Shown piece after piece: positions 38,646-46,238 of a stretch of DNA of 64,000 nucleotides. A program made the translations under genes and the position numbers. Source of the DNA: an uncultured Candidatus Saccharibacteria bacterium. Its GTDB lineage: Bacteria > Patescibacteriota > Doudnabacteria > UBA920. The stretch covers positions 15,580-79,579 of the forward strand of contig CAZLNP010000004.1 in the NCBI GenBank assembly GCA_964561085.1, read 5' to 3'. Position 1 is the stretch's first letter, and the number at the start of each line of letters is the position of its first letter. The notes beneath the pieces are model-generated. The model was not told where the DNA came from. It ran no database searches and saw nothing but the letters and a program-made list of their open reading frames with translations.

Positions 38646-39094
38646 GAGATCTTTATTATTAATTCAAATTCAAGTTTAGTCACTGGCGTGATAGAAAGCC
38701 TGCTTCCTTTTTGCAACAACTTCATTTCCATAAGTTCTGGGTGTTGCTTTACTTCTTTGAGCGGCAAAATTTCTTTGAACTTTTTAACAAACTTTATTTC
38801 ACAGCAATACCAAGTTGGACTAGCTTTTTTGCTCTTTGGGTCGAAGTGATGATCTTTCTGGTCAAAAGCAGTTGGATCTGGGATGGAAGTTTTAATTACC
38901 TCAGCCAAACCAACTATGCCAATATCCCCTGAGCTGCTGTGGTAAATGAGGGCCTTATCCCCTTTTGCAATATCATCTCGAAGCATGTTTCTAACCTGAT
39001 AGTTGCGTATTCCTGTCCAAAGAGTTTTCTTCTCTTTTTGAAGATCATCAATGCTATAACTATTCGGTTCTGTTTTAAATAACCAGTGTTTCAT
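38642..39094 (-). CDS. EVE-domain (PUA-like) protein
   Basis: Canonical EVE N-terminus MKHWLFKTEPNSYSIDDL...WTGIRNYQVRNMLRDDIAKGDKALIYHS. Length is 150 aa. Confidence 0.7.
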   Translation of the reverse strand: MKHWLFKTEPNSYSIDDLQKEKKTLWTGIRNYQVRNMLRDDIAKGDKALIYHSSSGDIGIVGLAEVIKTSIPDPTAFDQKDHHFDPKSKKASPTWYCCEIKFVKKFKEILPLKEVKQHPELMEMKLLQKGSRLSITPVTKLEFELIIKIS

Positions 39095-39144
39095 TTCCTA
39101 AGCATAACAAAAAACCGCCTTTACGGCGATTTTTTAAAGTTAAT

Positions 39145-39561
39145 TTAGAAAGCTTGGAGCATATAAGCAAGGATCATCATGCATCCCAATGAGCCAAAGG
39201 CCATAATCAAGATTTTTTGCATAAACCAATTTGGATCAGTCCCACCGAAGAGCACTGCAGAAACTTGGGTTGGAACGATAAACCCTAGCCAGAAGAATCC
39301 TGCTAGCCCATACACGTTCCAATCGCTTGGTAGGCCGTTCATTAACAGAGCGAAGACCACGGAAGTTATAATCGTAAAAACGAATTGAGCAACCAAAAGA
39401 GGTGCCATTTTCTTGGTCATCACTTTTTGCTCTTCTGGAGTTGCTTTATCGAAGCCATGGATTTTGCCCCACATTTTCCCAAATATAGGCATGTACCATA
39501 TTGCGCCAAAAATAAATTGCGCAACAGCGGCAACTAGTACCGCGACGAAGTTTATATTCAT
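39145..39561 (-). CDS. DUF1761-like membrane protein
   Basis: N-terminus MNINFVAVLVAAVAQFIFGAIWYMPIFGKMW is characteristic of the DUF1761 family. Four predicted TM segments. Confidence 0.55.
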   Translation of the reverse strand: MNINFVAVLVAAVAQFIFGAIWYMPIFGKMWGKIHGFDKATPEEQKVMTKKMAPLLVAQFVFTIITSVVFALLMNGLPSDWNVYGLAGFFWLGFIVPTQVSAVLFGGTDPNWFMQKILIMAFGSLGCMMILAYMLQAF

Positions 39562-39593
39562 ATAGTAATTATATCATTTATTCCAAAATAGAA

Positions 39594-42164
39594 TCAGGGC
39601 TTCTGATCATAAAGAGCCAAAAGTGCTTTTAACAATTCTGGATGGTAGTGCTCGGTTATCATGTTGGCGGCCTTGTAACTTTGAAACCACTCCGGATTCG
39701 TTGTCCTAAACTGCTCAGCATCACGAATAATAGTTTCCCGAGCATGCTTGTACTTAAGAGCTAAAGCATAAGGCGTTATCCAACCCTCAGGAGGGCTTGT
39801 AACACTTTTTCGCTCTGCATCCCAGTCCAAAATTTCTTTTACCAAATCTGGATGGTAATGCTCAGCAACCTTGCTTCGGGTTTTAAACTTTCCAAACCAA
39901 CCAGGATGCATAACTCTATAATTTTCAGCAAATCTTGCAGACCTCTCGTAATCAACACCATGCTCAGAATATAACTGGCTCGTAGTTTTCCATCCATCAG
40001 GTGGAGATGGAAATTCAATTTTTGAATATTCTTTTTCAATAAGAAGCACTAATTCAGGATGATAAAAATCCACTTGACCAGCCCTAGTATAGTACTGCTT
40101 AATCCAATCAGGGTGCTCTGTTCTATAGCGCTCAACAAATTTTTTGATAGTGACATCCGATGTTTTCACTTCTTTTCTTAGGGCACTTGCAGTTTTCCAA
40201 CCTTCTGGCGCCTTTCTGCTATCAAATTCAACTTTCAAAATAGCCATTAACTCAGGGGAGTAATGTTCAAGTATATGATTTTGAGTTTTATACTCTTTAA
40301 ACCAGTCTGGGTTTTGATCTCTATATTTATCAGCTTCAACTTCAATTATTCTCTGGGCAGAGCCTAAAATAGCCTGGGACCCCTTATGAGTAATCCACCC
40401 CTCTGGCGCCCAATTAGTTTCAGCTCTCGGTTTCAACTTATCTACTACTTGTTTAACTAAGTCTGGATGATAATGATCATACACTACACCTTTATCATTC
40501 TTAAACGTGCCTGCCAAATCTGGGTTACCTGCTGCGAGTGAACTAAGTAAAGAATATACAGCCATATAAGGCAAATTGTAATTCTTGCTAATTTGATTAG
40601 CATTAAGCCAGTTATCAGGAGCTAAACTTGCTTCTACTCTTTGCTCCTGAAAGTCTTTCGATATACTCATGATCTCCTTCGTATCAACAATAACTTTCAA
40701 CCCTTCAATATTTAAATCAGATAACTTATTAGCTATTTCATCCTTGTTTTTTTCTGCCGGATCAACACTTTCTGAGTTTCCCAGAAACCGTCGCTCTGAG
40801 CTGTCTACTTCTGCAGCATTAGCAACTTCAGAAAACAAAATCATTGGCCGAGCAGGGCTTTTATCTATAAAGTCTATGATGTACGCCCACTTTTCAGCAT
40901 TATCTGGATTCAATCTGAGTACTCGCCCCCCTCTTTGCTCAGCATCTACTTGAGACAGAGTTGGGTGTAAATTAAATGCAGCTGTAGCCCTTGGTTCATC
41001 GAAACCTTCGATAAGAACTCTAGCATTGCACAAAACTTTAATTTCGCCGCTATGGAATCGATCTAAGATTTCGTCTCTTTGTTCAGGTTTCGTGCTGCCC
41101 GAAATAACTGCACTTTTCACCCCAGATTCTTCAAACAACCGATTTATATCCCTTGCATGGTTAACCCCAGAGCAATACGCAACAACCCTTTCACCCTTAA
41201 AAGCTTTATTGTACAATTCGACTGCTGATAAATTACGAGCCTCATTATTAACAGCTTTTTCTAAATCGACACTATCATAGTTGTGATTAGTATTTAATTT
41301 AACACTAGAGAGATCAGTACTTGTATAAGCCAGGATAGATTTAAATCTATTAATTAAACCTTCTTGAACTCCTTCAATAATATTCATGTTATGGACCTCT
41401 GTATTCAGAAGCTCTTTTACATGCTTATTGTCTGAATATCGAGGAGTTGCTGTGAACCCTAGCTTAATGGCATCAAAACTTTGAATTGCTTCGATGGTCT
41501 TTTCTCCCAAAGCTTTATGGGCTTCATCTAGAATCAATAAGTCATAGTCGTTAGGATTAATGACGCCACTTGAAACAGCATTAATTAAAGATGGATATGT
41601 TATTACAGTCACATCTTGATCAAAATTCTTTTCTTCTTGGTAATATTTTCCAAAATCTATGTCGGTAAATTGTTCCAATTTTTCCCCAGTCTGATTGACT
41701 AAGATCTTAGAAGGGACCACAATCAATGATTTTAATCCCAGCGCTTCTGTTATCTGGGAAAACAGGACAGTTTTACCAACTCCAGTTGGTAATTTTACAT
41801 AACCCTCTTTATGTCCTTCCTCGAGAAACGTTCGCACATCTTCAAAAACAGTAAATTGTCTATCCCTAAGGACTCGCTCTTCAGGGTTCAATTGATGGTG
41901 AGAAATGTATTCATCTAGGTTATTCAAAGCTTGAATAGAAGTACGCAACTTAACTAACTCATGTTGGGAAATGTCAGATTCATTCCTACGGCTACGTAAC
42001 AGCTTTAAATAAGTATTATACCTTTCTGGGAATTTCGATTTGATATCTTCTATAGAAAGATTGCTGTCATTCACTCCGCGATCAATATCTAATCCCAAAA
42101 TCTCTGAAGTCGCATCTACTTGATTTTGGATATCATGCTCTGATTTATAGTTTCTATTTTCCAT
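39594..42164 (-). CDS. Superfamily-2 (DEAD/DEAH, ResIII-like) helicase with five C-terminal tandem ~67-aa repeats
   Basis: Walker A LPTGVGKT, DEAH-box ILDEAH, a helicase C-domain with motif VI-like QRGGRVLR, then (aa ~516-851) five repeats with consensus PEGW.T...........Y....P.WF..YK.......EHYHP[ED]L. No nuclease domain is recognizable. Confidence 0.75.
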   Translation of the reverse strand: MENRNYKSEHDIQNQVDATSEILGLDIDRGVNDSNLSIEDIKSKFPERYNTYLKLLRSRRNESDISQHELVKLRTSIQALNNLDEYISHHQLNPEERVLRDRQFTVFEDVRTFLEEGHKEGYVKLPTGVGKTVLFSQITEALGLKSLIVVPSKILVNQTGEKLEQFTDIDFGKYYQEEKNFDQDVTVITYPSLINAVSSGVINPNDYDLLILDEAHKALGEKTIEAIQSFDAIKLGFTATPRYSDNKHVKELLNTEVHNMNIIEGVQEGLINRFKSILAYTSTDLSSVKLNTNHNYDSVDLEKAVNNEARNLSAVELYNKAFKGERVVAYCSGVNHARDINRLFEESGVKSAVISGSTKPEQRDEILDRFHSGEIKVLCNARVLIEGFDEPRATAAFNLHPTLSQVDAEQRGGRVLRLNPDNAEKWAYIIDFIDKSPARPMILFSEVANAAEVDSSERRFLGNSESVDPAEKNKDEIANKLSDLNIEGLKVIVDTKEIMSISKDFQEQRVEASLAPDNWLNANQISKNYNLPYMAVYSLLSSLAAGNPDLAGTFKNDKGVVYDHYHPDLVKQVVDKLKPRAETNWAPEGWITHKGSQAILGSAQRIIEVEADKYRDQNPDWFKEYKTQNHILEHYSPELMAILKVEFDSRKAPEGWKTASALRKEVKTSDVTIKKFVERYRTEHPDWIKQYYTRAGQVDFYHPELVLLIEKEYSKIEFPSPPDGWKTTSQLYSEHGVDYERSARFAENYRVMHPGWFGKFKTRSKVAEHYHPDLVKEILDWDAERKSVTSPPEGWITPYALALKYKHARETIIRDAEQFRTTNPEWFQSYKAANMITEHYHPELLKALLALYDQKP
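39612..40619 (-). repeat. Five tandem ~200-nt coding repeats (PEGW...NPDWF...EHYHPEL module) in the helicase C-terminus
   Basis: Seen in the translation. Repeats are divergent at the nucleotide level, so they are ancient rather than recent. Confidence 0.65.
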
Positions 42165-42258
42165 CTACATATTTATGAAATACATATGTTAATTATACAC
42201 CAGTTCTAATATAACTAGCCCTTAAACAAAAACACCCACCATTCGGTGAGTGATTTTG

Positions 42259-42332
42259 TGGCACGGGCTGTAGGAATCGAACCTACGCAGCTGGTTTTGG
42301 AGACCAGCGTACTGCCACTATACGAAGCCCGC
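42259..42332 (-). tRNA. tRNA-Trp (anticodon CCA)
   Basis: Reverse complement reads GCGGGCT...CTCCAAA...GGTTCGATTCC...GCCA. The anticodon loop is CTCCAAA and CCA is encoded. A TATAAT box lies just upstream on the minus strand. Confidence 0.85.
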
Positions 42333-42371
42333 AAGTTGCACTACCTATTCAGTCTCATTATAGCAAACCCC

Positions 42372-42388
42372 GCTCGGGGCGGGGCAAT
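42372..42388 (-). terminator. Short GC-rich hairpin (ccccg...cgggg) downstream of rpmG
   Basis: Five-bp GC stem followed by TTTGC on the minus strand. Modest. Confidence 0.35.
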
Positions 42389-42389
42389 A

Positions 42390-42548
42390 CTACTTCTTAG
42401 TTTCTTTGTGAGCTGTCTGAACTTTACAGTGCTTACAAAACTTTTTAATTTCTAGTCTTGCCTGAGTGTTCTTCTTGTTCTTCGTTGTAGCGTAGTTCAA
42501 GTTGTGACACACAGTACATTCTAGATCGATGCGATTATCTTGTGACAT
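42390..42548 (-). CDS. rpmG: 50S ribosomal protein L33 (Zn-ribbon type, 52 aa)
   Basis: Not in the ORF track because it is under 60 aa. Hand-translated: [52 protein letters not shown], with the L33 CxxC...CxxC and TTKNKKNT motifs. Confidence 0.85.
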   Translation of the reverse strand: MSQDNRIDLECTVCHNLNYATTKNKKNTQARLEIKKFCKHCKVQTAHKETKK

Positions 42549-42589
42549 AAAAATTCTTAATTCTACTTAATCTGATAGATTAACTTTTC

Positions 42590-42665
42590 TGGAGCCGGCT
42601 GTCGGACTCGAACCGACCACCTACGGTTTACAAAACCGTTGCTCTACCGGATGAGCTAAGCCGGC
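42590..42665 (-). tRNA. tRNA-Thr (anticodon TGT)
   Basis: Reverse complement GCCGGCTTAGCTCATCCGGTAGAGCAACGGTTTTGTAAACCGT...GGTTCGAGTCC...CCA. The anticodon loop is TTTGTAA. Confidence 0.9.
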
Positions 42666-42765
42666 ATAGTGCTCCCCAAAGGGTGCTAATAGCCTTCTTA
42701 TCAGCTCCAAATTAACTTTAAAATTCTAACATAAACCCTTGTAAAAGTCCAGCCTGTGGATTAAA

Positions 42766-42789
42766 AAAAACACCTTTCGGTGTTTTTTC
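42766..42789 (-). terminator. Intrinsic terminator after tRNA-Tyr (aaaaaacacc-gaaa-ggtgtttttttt on the minus strand)
   Basis: Perfect 10-bp stem followed by a T-run. Confidence 0.7.
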
Positions 42790-42876
42790 TGGTGGGCCGG
42801 ACAGGATTCGAACCTGTGAAGGCATAAAGCCGGGAGATTTACAGTCTCCAGTGTTTGACCGCTCCACAACCGACCC
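42790..42876 (-). tRNA. tRNA-Tyr (anticodon GTA), type II with long variable arm
   Basis: Reverse complement GGGTCGG...GGAGACTGTAAATCTCC...GGCTTTATGCC...GGTTCGAATCC...CCGGCCCACCA. Confidence 0.9.
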
Positions 42877-42911
42877 AAATTCTCAATTAACAGTGCGCTC
42901 TAGCACTAAGC

Positions 42912-42987
42912 TGGAGCCGTTGTGCGGGATCGAACCGCAGACCTTCTCCTTACCATGGAGATGCTCTACCAACTGAGCTACAACGGC
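42912..42987 (-). tRNA. tRNA-Thr (anticodon GGT)
   Basis: Reverse complement GCCGTTGTAGCTCAGTTGGTAGAGCATCTCCATGGTAAGGAGA...GGTTCGATCCC...CCA. The anticodon loop is ATGGTAA. Confidence 0.9.
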
Positions 42988-43030
42988 GTAGTGAGCTGAT
43001 AGGCAGTAAGCCTTATGCAACTCAAATATT

Positions 43031-43798
43031 TTACTCTGTTTTATGAATATTTTCAACTGGTACAGTAGTCTTCCCTTTAGACTCTAACTCGAAACGCAAA
43101 TCGGCATACTTCTTATTATCATGATCCAGCTCTAACGCAGCATCCAAAGCCTTTACTGCTACTTTCCATTTCTTCTGTCCTTGAGCTGCAAGGGCTAAGT
43201 TGTAGAAACGATTTGGGTGACTGGCATCAAGTTTAACAGATTGTTCGTAAGCCGCTTGAGATTTATCAAACTGCTGATCGTGCAATTGAGATAAACCTAA
43301 CTTTGCAAAATAACCACTGTTAGTCGGAGCATGCTCAGTTAAGTATTCGTAAACATTCGCTGCGTCATCATACTTACGAGCTTCCAGATAGAATTGACCG
43401 AGTTGGTCATAATAAACCATTTCTTTCGGATGACGCTTGATTAACTCAATGTAGTAATCTTCGTTGCGTGCTATCGGTGGTTTAACCTCTGCTTCTTTAT
43501 CTTTCTTTAAGATCCGTTTAAAGTTGTAATTAATTTTTGGAGTATGCTTTAAGCCTTTAGCTTCCAAAACAAATTGCCAAACTTTATGTGATGCGACTTT
43601 ACCCAAGGAACGAATCCGGGAAGCAGTTTTGGTCGGCAAACCTTTTTCTGCCAAAACCTCTCCTACTTCCGGACCGCTATCTTGTTGTTGATCTTCTTTG
43701 TGCTCACCAACTGCCTGTGGCAATCTACGCATCACCAAAATAATGACTCCGAGTATCGATAGAATCAGTATTAAGTTTGCAGCTAGATTATAAGGCAT
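43031..43798 (-). CDS. Membrane-anchored tetratricopeptide-repeat protein
   Basis: N-terminal TM helix followed by at least four TPR-like 34-aa repeats (W..A..YY..G.....A...Y..A...). Confidence 0.6.
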   Translation of the reverse strand: MPYNLAANLILILSILGVIILVMRRLPQAVGEHKEDQQQDSGPEVGEVLAEKGLPTKTASRIRSLGKVASHKVWQFVLEAKGLKHTPKINYNFKRILKKDKEAEVKPPIARNEDYYIELIKRHPKEMVYYDQLGQFYLEARKYDDAANVYEYLTEHAPTNSGYFAKLGLSQLHDQQFDKSQAAYEQSVKLDASHPNRFYNLALAAQGQKKWKVAVKALDAALELDHDNKKYADLRFELESKGKTTVPVENIHKTE

Positions 43799-43822
43799 TG
43801 GCTAACTTAGTTTTAATTTCTA

Positions 43823-44407
43823 TTAGTTACCGAGCATGAAACGTGCGAAGCGACGAACTTGAACATTCTCACCCATTTTTGCAGTAGACTCTGCGATTAA
43901 ATCACTAATCTTTTTTGATGAATCTTTAACGAAAGGTTGTTCAAGCAAACATGATTCCTCAAAGTACTTTTCCATTTTACCTTCAATCATCTTTTGCATG
44001 ACATCTTCAGGTTTTCCGGCAGATTGTTCTTTGTAAATTTCTTGTTCTTTTGAAATAACTTCTTCTGGGACATCGTCACGGCTAACGTACAAAGGGTTAG
44101 CAGCTGCAATGTGTAATGCCAATTCCTTAGCTAGAGCTTTGAAGTCATCAGTACGGCCTACGAAGTCAGTTTCACAGTTTAGTTCAACTAGAGCGCCAAT
44201 ACGGCCACCAGAGTGGATATAGCTTTCTACAATACCTTCTTTAGCAACACGGTCAGCTTTCTTAGCCATTTTTGCCATCCCCTTCTTACGTAGAAGGTCC
44301 AATGCTTTATCGCGATCATCACCAGCTTCTGACAAAGCATCCTTTACATCCATAATGCCAGCGCCAGTTAATTCGCGAAGTTCTTTAATAAGATTGTTAT
44401 CAGACAT
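43823..44407 (-). CDS. tsf: Elongation factor Ts (short form)
   Basis: N-terminal UBA-like LIKELRELTGAGIMDVKDAL and the EF-Ts core. The start is set at the internal Met (MSDNNLIKELR...). Confidence 0.85.
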   Translation of the reverse strand: MSDNNLIKELRELTGAGIMDVKDALSEAGDDRDKALDLLRKKGMAKMAKKADRVAKEGIVESYIHSGGRIGALVELNCETDFVGRTDDFKALAKELALHIAAANPLYVSRDDVPEEVISKEQEIYKEQSAGKPEDVMQKMIEGKMEKYFEESCLLEQPFVKDSSKKISDLIAESTAKMGENVQVRRFARFMLGN

Positions 44408-44440
44408 AGTATTTTTCTTTATTACTTTTAATTTAAGCAA

Positions 44441-45166
44441 TTAAGCTTGAGCTGTCGGTGCAGTCGGAGTTGTTACAACTGCTGCAACGCGCTTTTCTTT
44501 TATAGATGCTGCAATAGTAGATGTGATTAACTCTACTGCTTGTGTTGCATCATCATTACAAGGGATTGGGTAATCAACACCTTCTGGATTTGAATTAGTA
44601 TCTACAATAGCAATTATAGGTACTTTCATTTTGCGAGCTTCAGCAAGAGCAATGTCATCGTAGTTAATATCTGCGATGAATACAGCTTGAGGAATACGCT
44701 TCATGTCTTTCATACCAACAAACAATTTATCTAGCTTTTCAATTTCACGTTCTACTAATAAACGTTCTTTCTTAGTGTAACGGCTTTCTAATTGACCACT
44801 AGCTTTTAGTTCTTGCAACTTTTCTAACTTACGAACTGTCTTTTGGATAGTTTTAAAGTTAGTGAATGTTCCACCTAACCAACGCACGTTAATATATGGT
44901 GAATTGATTTCTTCAGCGTTCTTTTGGATAACGCCGCGAGCTTGTCGCTTTGTACCAATGAACAAAATAGTACCACCGGCTTGCGCGATGCTACCTGCGA
45001 ACTCTGCAGCTTTAGTTAAAGCTTTGCGTGTCTTTTCGAGATCCAAAATATGGATATCGTTACGCACAGTAAAGATGTAAGGCTTCATTTTGGGATTCCA
45101 ACGGGAAGTCTTATGCCCAAAATGGGCGCCGCTTTGGAGCAACTCTAAAAGAGTAATATCTTTCAT
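44441..45166 (-). CDS. rpsB: 30S ribosomal protein S2
   Basis: LLQSGAHFGHKTSRWNPKMKPYIF. The start is set at the internal Met (MKDITLLELL...), which matches the canonical S2 N-terminus. Confidence 0.9.
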   Translation of the reverse strand: MKDITLLELLQSGAHFGHKTSRWNPKMKPYIFTVRNDIHILDLEKTRKALTKAAEFAGSIAQAGGTILFIGTKRQARGVIQKNAEEINSPYINVRWLGGTFTNFKTIQKTVRKLEKLQELKASGQLESRYTKKERLLVEREIEKLDKLFVGMKDMKRIPQAVFIADINYDDIALAEARKMKVPIIAIVDTNSNPEGVDYPIPCNDDATQAVELITSTIAASIKEKRVAAVVTTPTAPTAQA

Positions 45167-45274
45167 TGTTATCCTTTCACTTCTATTTCGACGATCGCTT
45201 CGGGTCCAGATGGCCACCGAGGACAGGATAACGTACGAAATATGTTAATTAATTACTCCCAAATTCTAACATCT

Positions 45275-45303
45275 ATTGACTATTTTGGCAAGTATAGGTA
45301 TAA
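45275..45303 (+). promoter_or_regulatory. Consensus-like promoter for rpmE: TTGACT, 17-nt spacer, TATAAT
   Basis: Direct read. It leaves a ~157-nt leader before the rpmE ATG, containing a 6-bp hairpin (gccttg...caaggc) immediately upstream of the ribosome-binding site. Confidence 0.6.
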
Positions 45304-45466
45304 TTCGTTAGATATTGGAAAAATACTCCATTCGCAGACACACTCTGTCTCGGCCCGCCTAAAGTAGCAAACCTCGCGCGTTCGCCAATAGTCTGCTCAT
45401 AGAGTATTTTTCCAATCAACTTAATTAAACCTGCCTTGTATTGAGCAAGGCGAAGAAAGGTTCCCT

Positions 45467-45751
45467 ATGAAAGACGGTATTCACCCAACATACCACAAAG
45501 ATGTGCAAGTAACTTGCTCATGTGGAAATAAGTTTTCGACTGGTTCCACATCTGAAGCAATCGATACTGAAATCTGTAGCAAATGCCACCCGTTCTATAC
45601 CGGTAAGCAGAAATTGCTAGATACTCGTGGTAACGTAGAACGCTTCAAGAAGCGTATCGAAGCTGGCGCTAAGGCTCAAGCTACTAAGGTAGAAAAGAAG
45701 CCTCGCAAAGCTCGCAGCACTACAACTACTGCAAAAATTGTTAAGAAATAA
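45467..45751 (+). CDS. rpmE: 50S ribosomal protein L31 (zinc-binding C+ type) with a Lys-rich C-terminal extension
   Basis: [11 protein letters not shown]...CSCGNKF...[10 protein letters not shown] has four Cys ligands. The extra ~25 aa are a basic tail. Confidence 0.9.
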   Translation: MKDGIHPTYHKDVQVTCSCGNKFSTGSTSEAIDTEICSKCHPFYTGKQKLLDTRGNVERFKKRIEAGAKAQATKVEKKPRKARSTTTTAKIVKK

Positions 45752-45770
45752 TATTCAAAGCAAAAAAAGG

Positions 45771-45803
45771 AAGACCACCGAAATTTCGGTGGTCTTTTTT
45801 TAA
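45771..45803 (+). terminator. Intrinsic terminator after rpmE (aagaccaccg-aaatttc-ggtggtctt, then TTTTTTT)
   Basis: Direct read of the hairpin and T-run on the plus strand after the rpmE stop. Confidence 0.75.
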
Positions 45804-45815
45804 ACAATTTTTTTA

Positions 45816-45844
45816 TTGACAAACATCGACTTATGTGTTAGAAT
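45816..45844 (+). promoter_or_regulatory. Promoter: TTGACA, 17-nt spacer, TAGAAT, driving a non-coding transcript
   Basis: Direct read. No protein-coding ORF with a plausible start follows for about 390 nt. Confidence 0.55.
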
Positions 45845-45850
45845 CCATAA

Positions 45851-46197
45851 AACTGTTAGGGAAAGCCTCCCACACAGAGTGACTAAGTCACGCATGATGT
45901 TAGGTTAGCTAATGAAGATAATCCAGCGAAATCAGAACTGCTAATCAGTTTAGTTTATCAAAATTGATGCACAATGATCAGTCTACTGGTACATAAATAG
46001 ACGGACGTCGCACGTACAAACCATGCAACTTGTTAATTGCAGCTTGCGGAGAGCGTGCTTTAAAACGTCCACTGCTGTCTGCCACTAATGTTGACGAATA
46101 TTGGTTGCAAACGCAGAAAACACAATCATTTTTGAATTTATTCATATGATGGTGTGTGTCGGCGGGAGAATGACTTTTAATTCTCTCGCCTTTTTTT
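45851..46197 (+). ncRNA. Candidate ~345-nt structured non-coding RNA of unidentified family
   Basis: Bounded by the near-consensus promoter above and an intrinsic terminator (ggcgggagaa...ttctctcgcc, then TTTTTTT at 46162-46197). Contains several local hairpins (gggaaagcctccc, gtgactaagtcac). No tRNA-like 3' end was seen, so tmRNA is unlikely, and no SRP domain-IV motif was seen. Confidence 0.4.
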
Positions 46198-46200
46198 ATC

Positions 46201-46229
46201 TTGCTATTAATCAATAAAAATCATACAAT
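46201..46229 (+). promoter_or_regulatory. Promoter for prfA: TTGCTA, 17-nt spacer, TACAAT, placing the transcription start 1-3 nt before the ATG (leaderless)
   Basis: Direct read. The -10 ends 9 nt before the prfA ATG at 46239. No Shine-Dalgarno sequence is possible. Confidence 0.45.
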
Positions 46230-46238
46230 AACTGAGTT

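Noticed and set aside
42246-42455. 69-aa plus-strand ORF
   Set aside because: It lies entirely over tRNA-Trp and the rpmG gene on the opposite strand, so it is an antisense artefact.
43031-43798. TPR protein as part of a mobile or defence module next to the tRNA cluster
   Set aside because: It is followed directly by tsf and rpsB in conserved core order, with no accessory neighbours, so it is more likely a housekeeping membrane TPR protein.
45851-46197. tmRNA or SRP RNA identity for the 345-nt transcript
   Set aside because: There is no tRNA-like 3' end (GGTTCGAxTCC...CCA), no tag-peptide frame ending in a stop, and no SRP domain-IV GGAA/AGCAG motif. The RNA is left unassigned rather than forced into a family.
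45978-46214. 78-aa minus-strand ORF inside the candidate ncRNA region upstream of prfA
   Set aside because: It runs through the intrinsic terminator hairpin. It has no promoter or Shine-Dalgarno sequence on its side, since only 24 nt separate it from the prfA start. The plus-strand promoter-and-terminator arrangement explains the region better.
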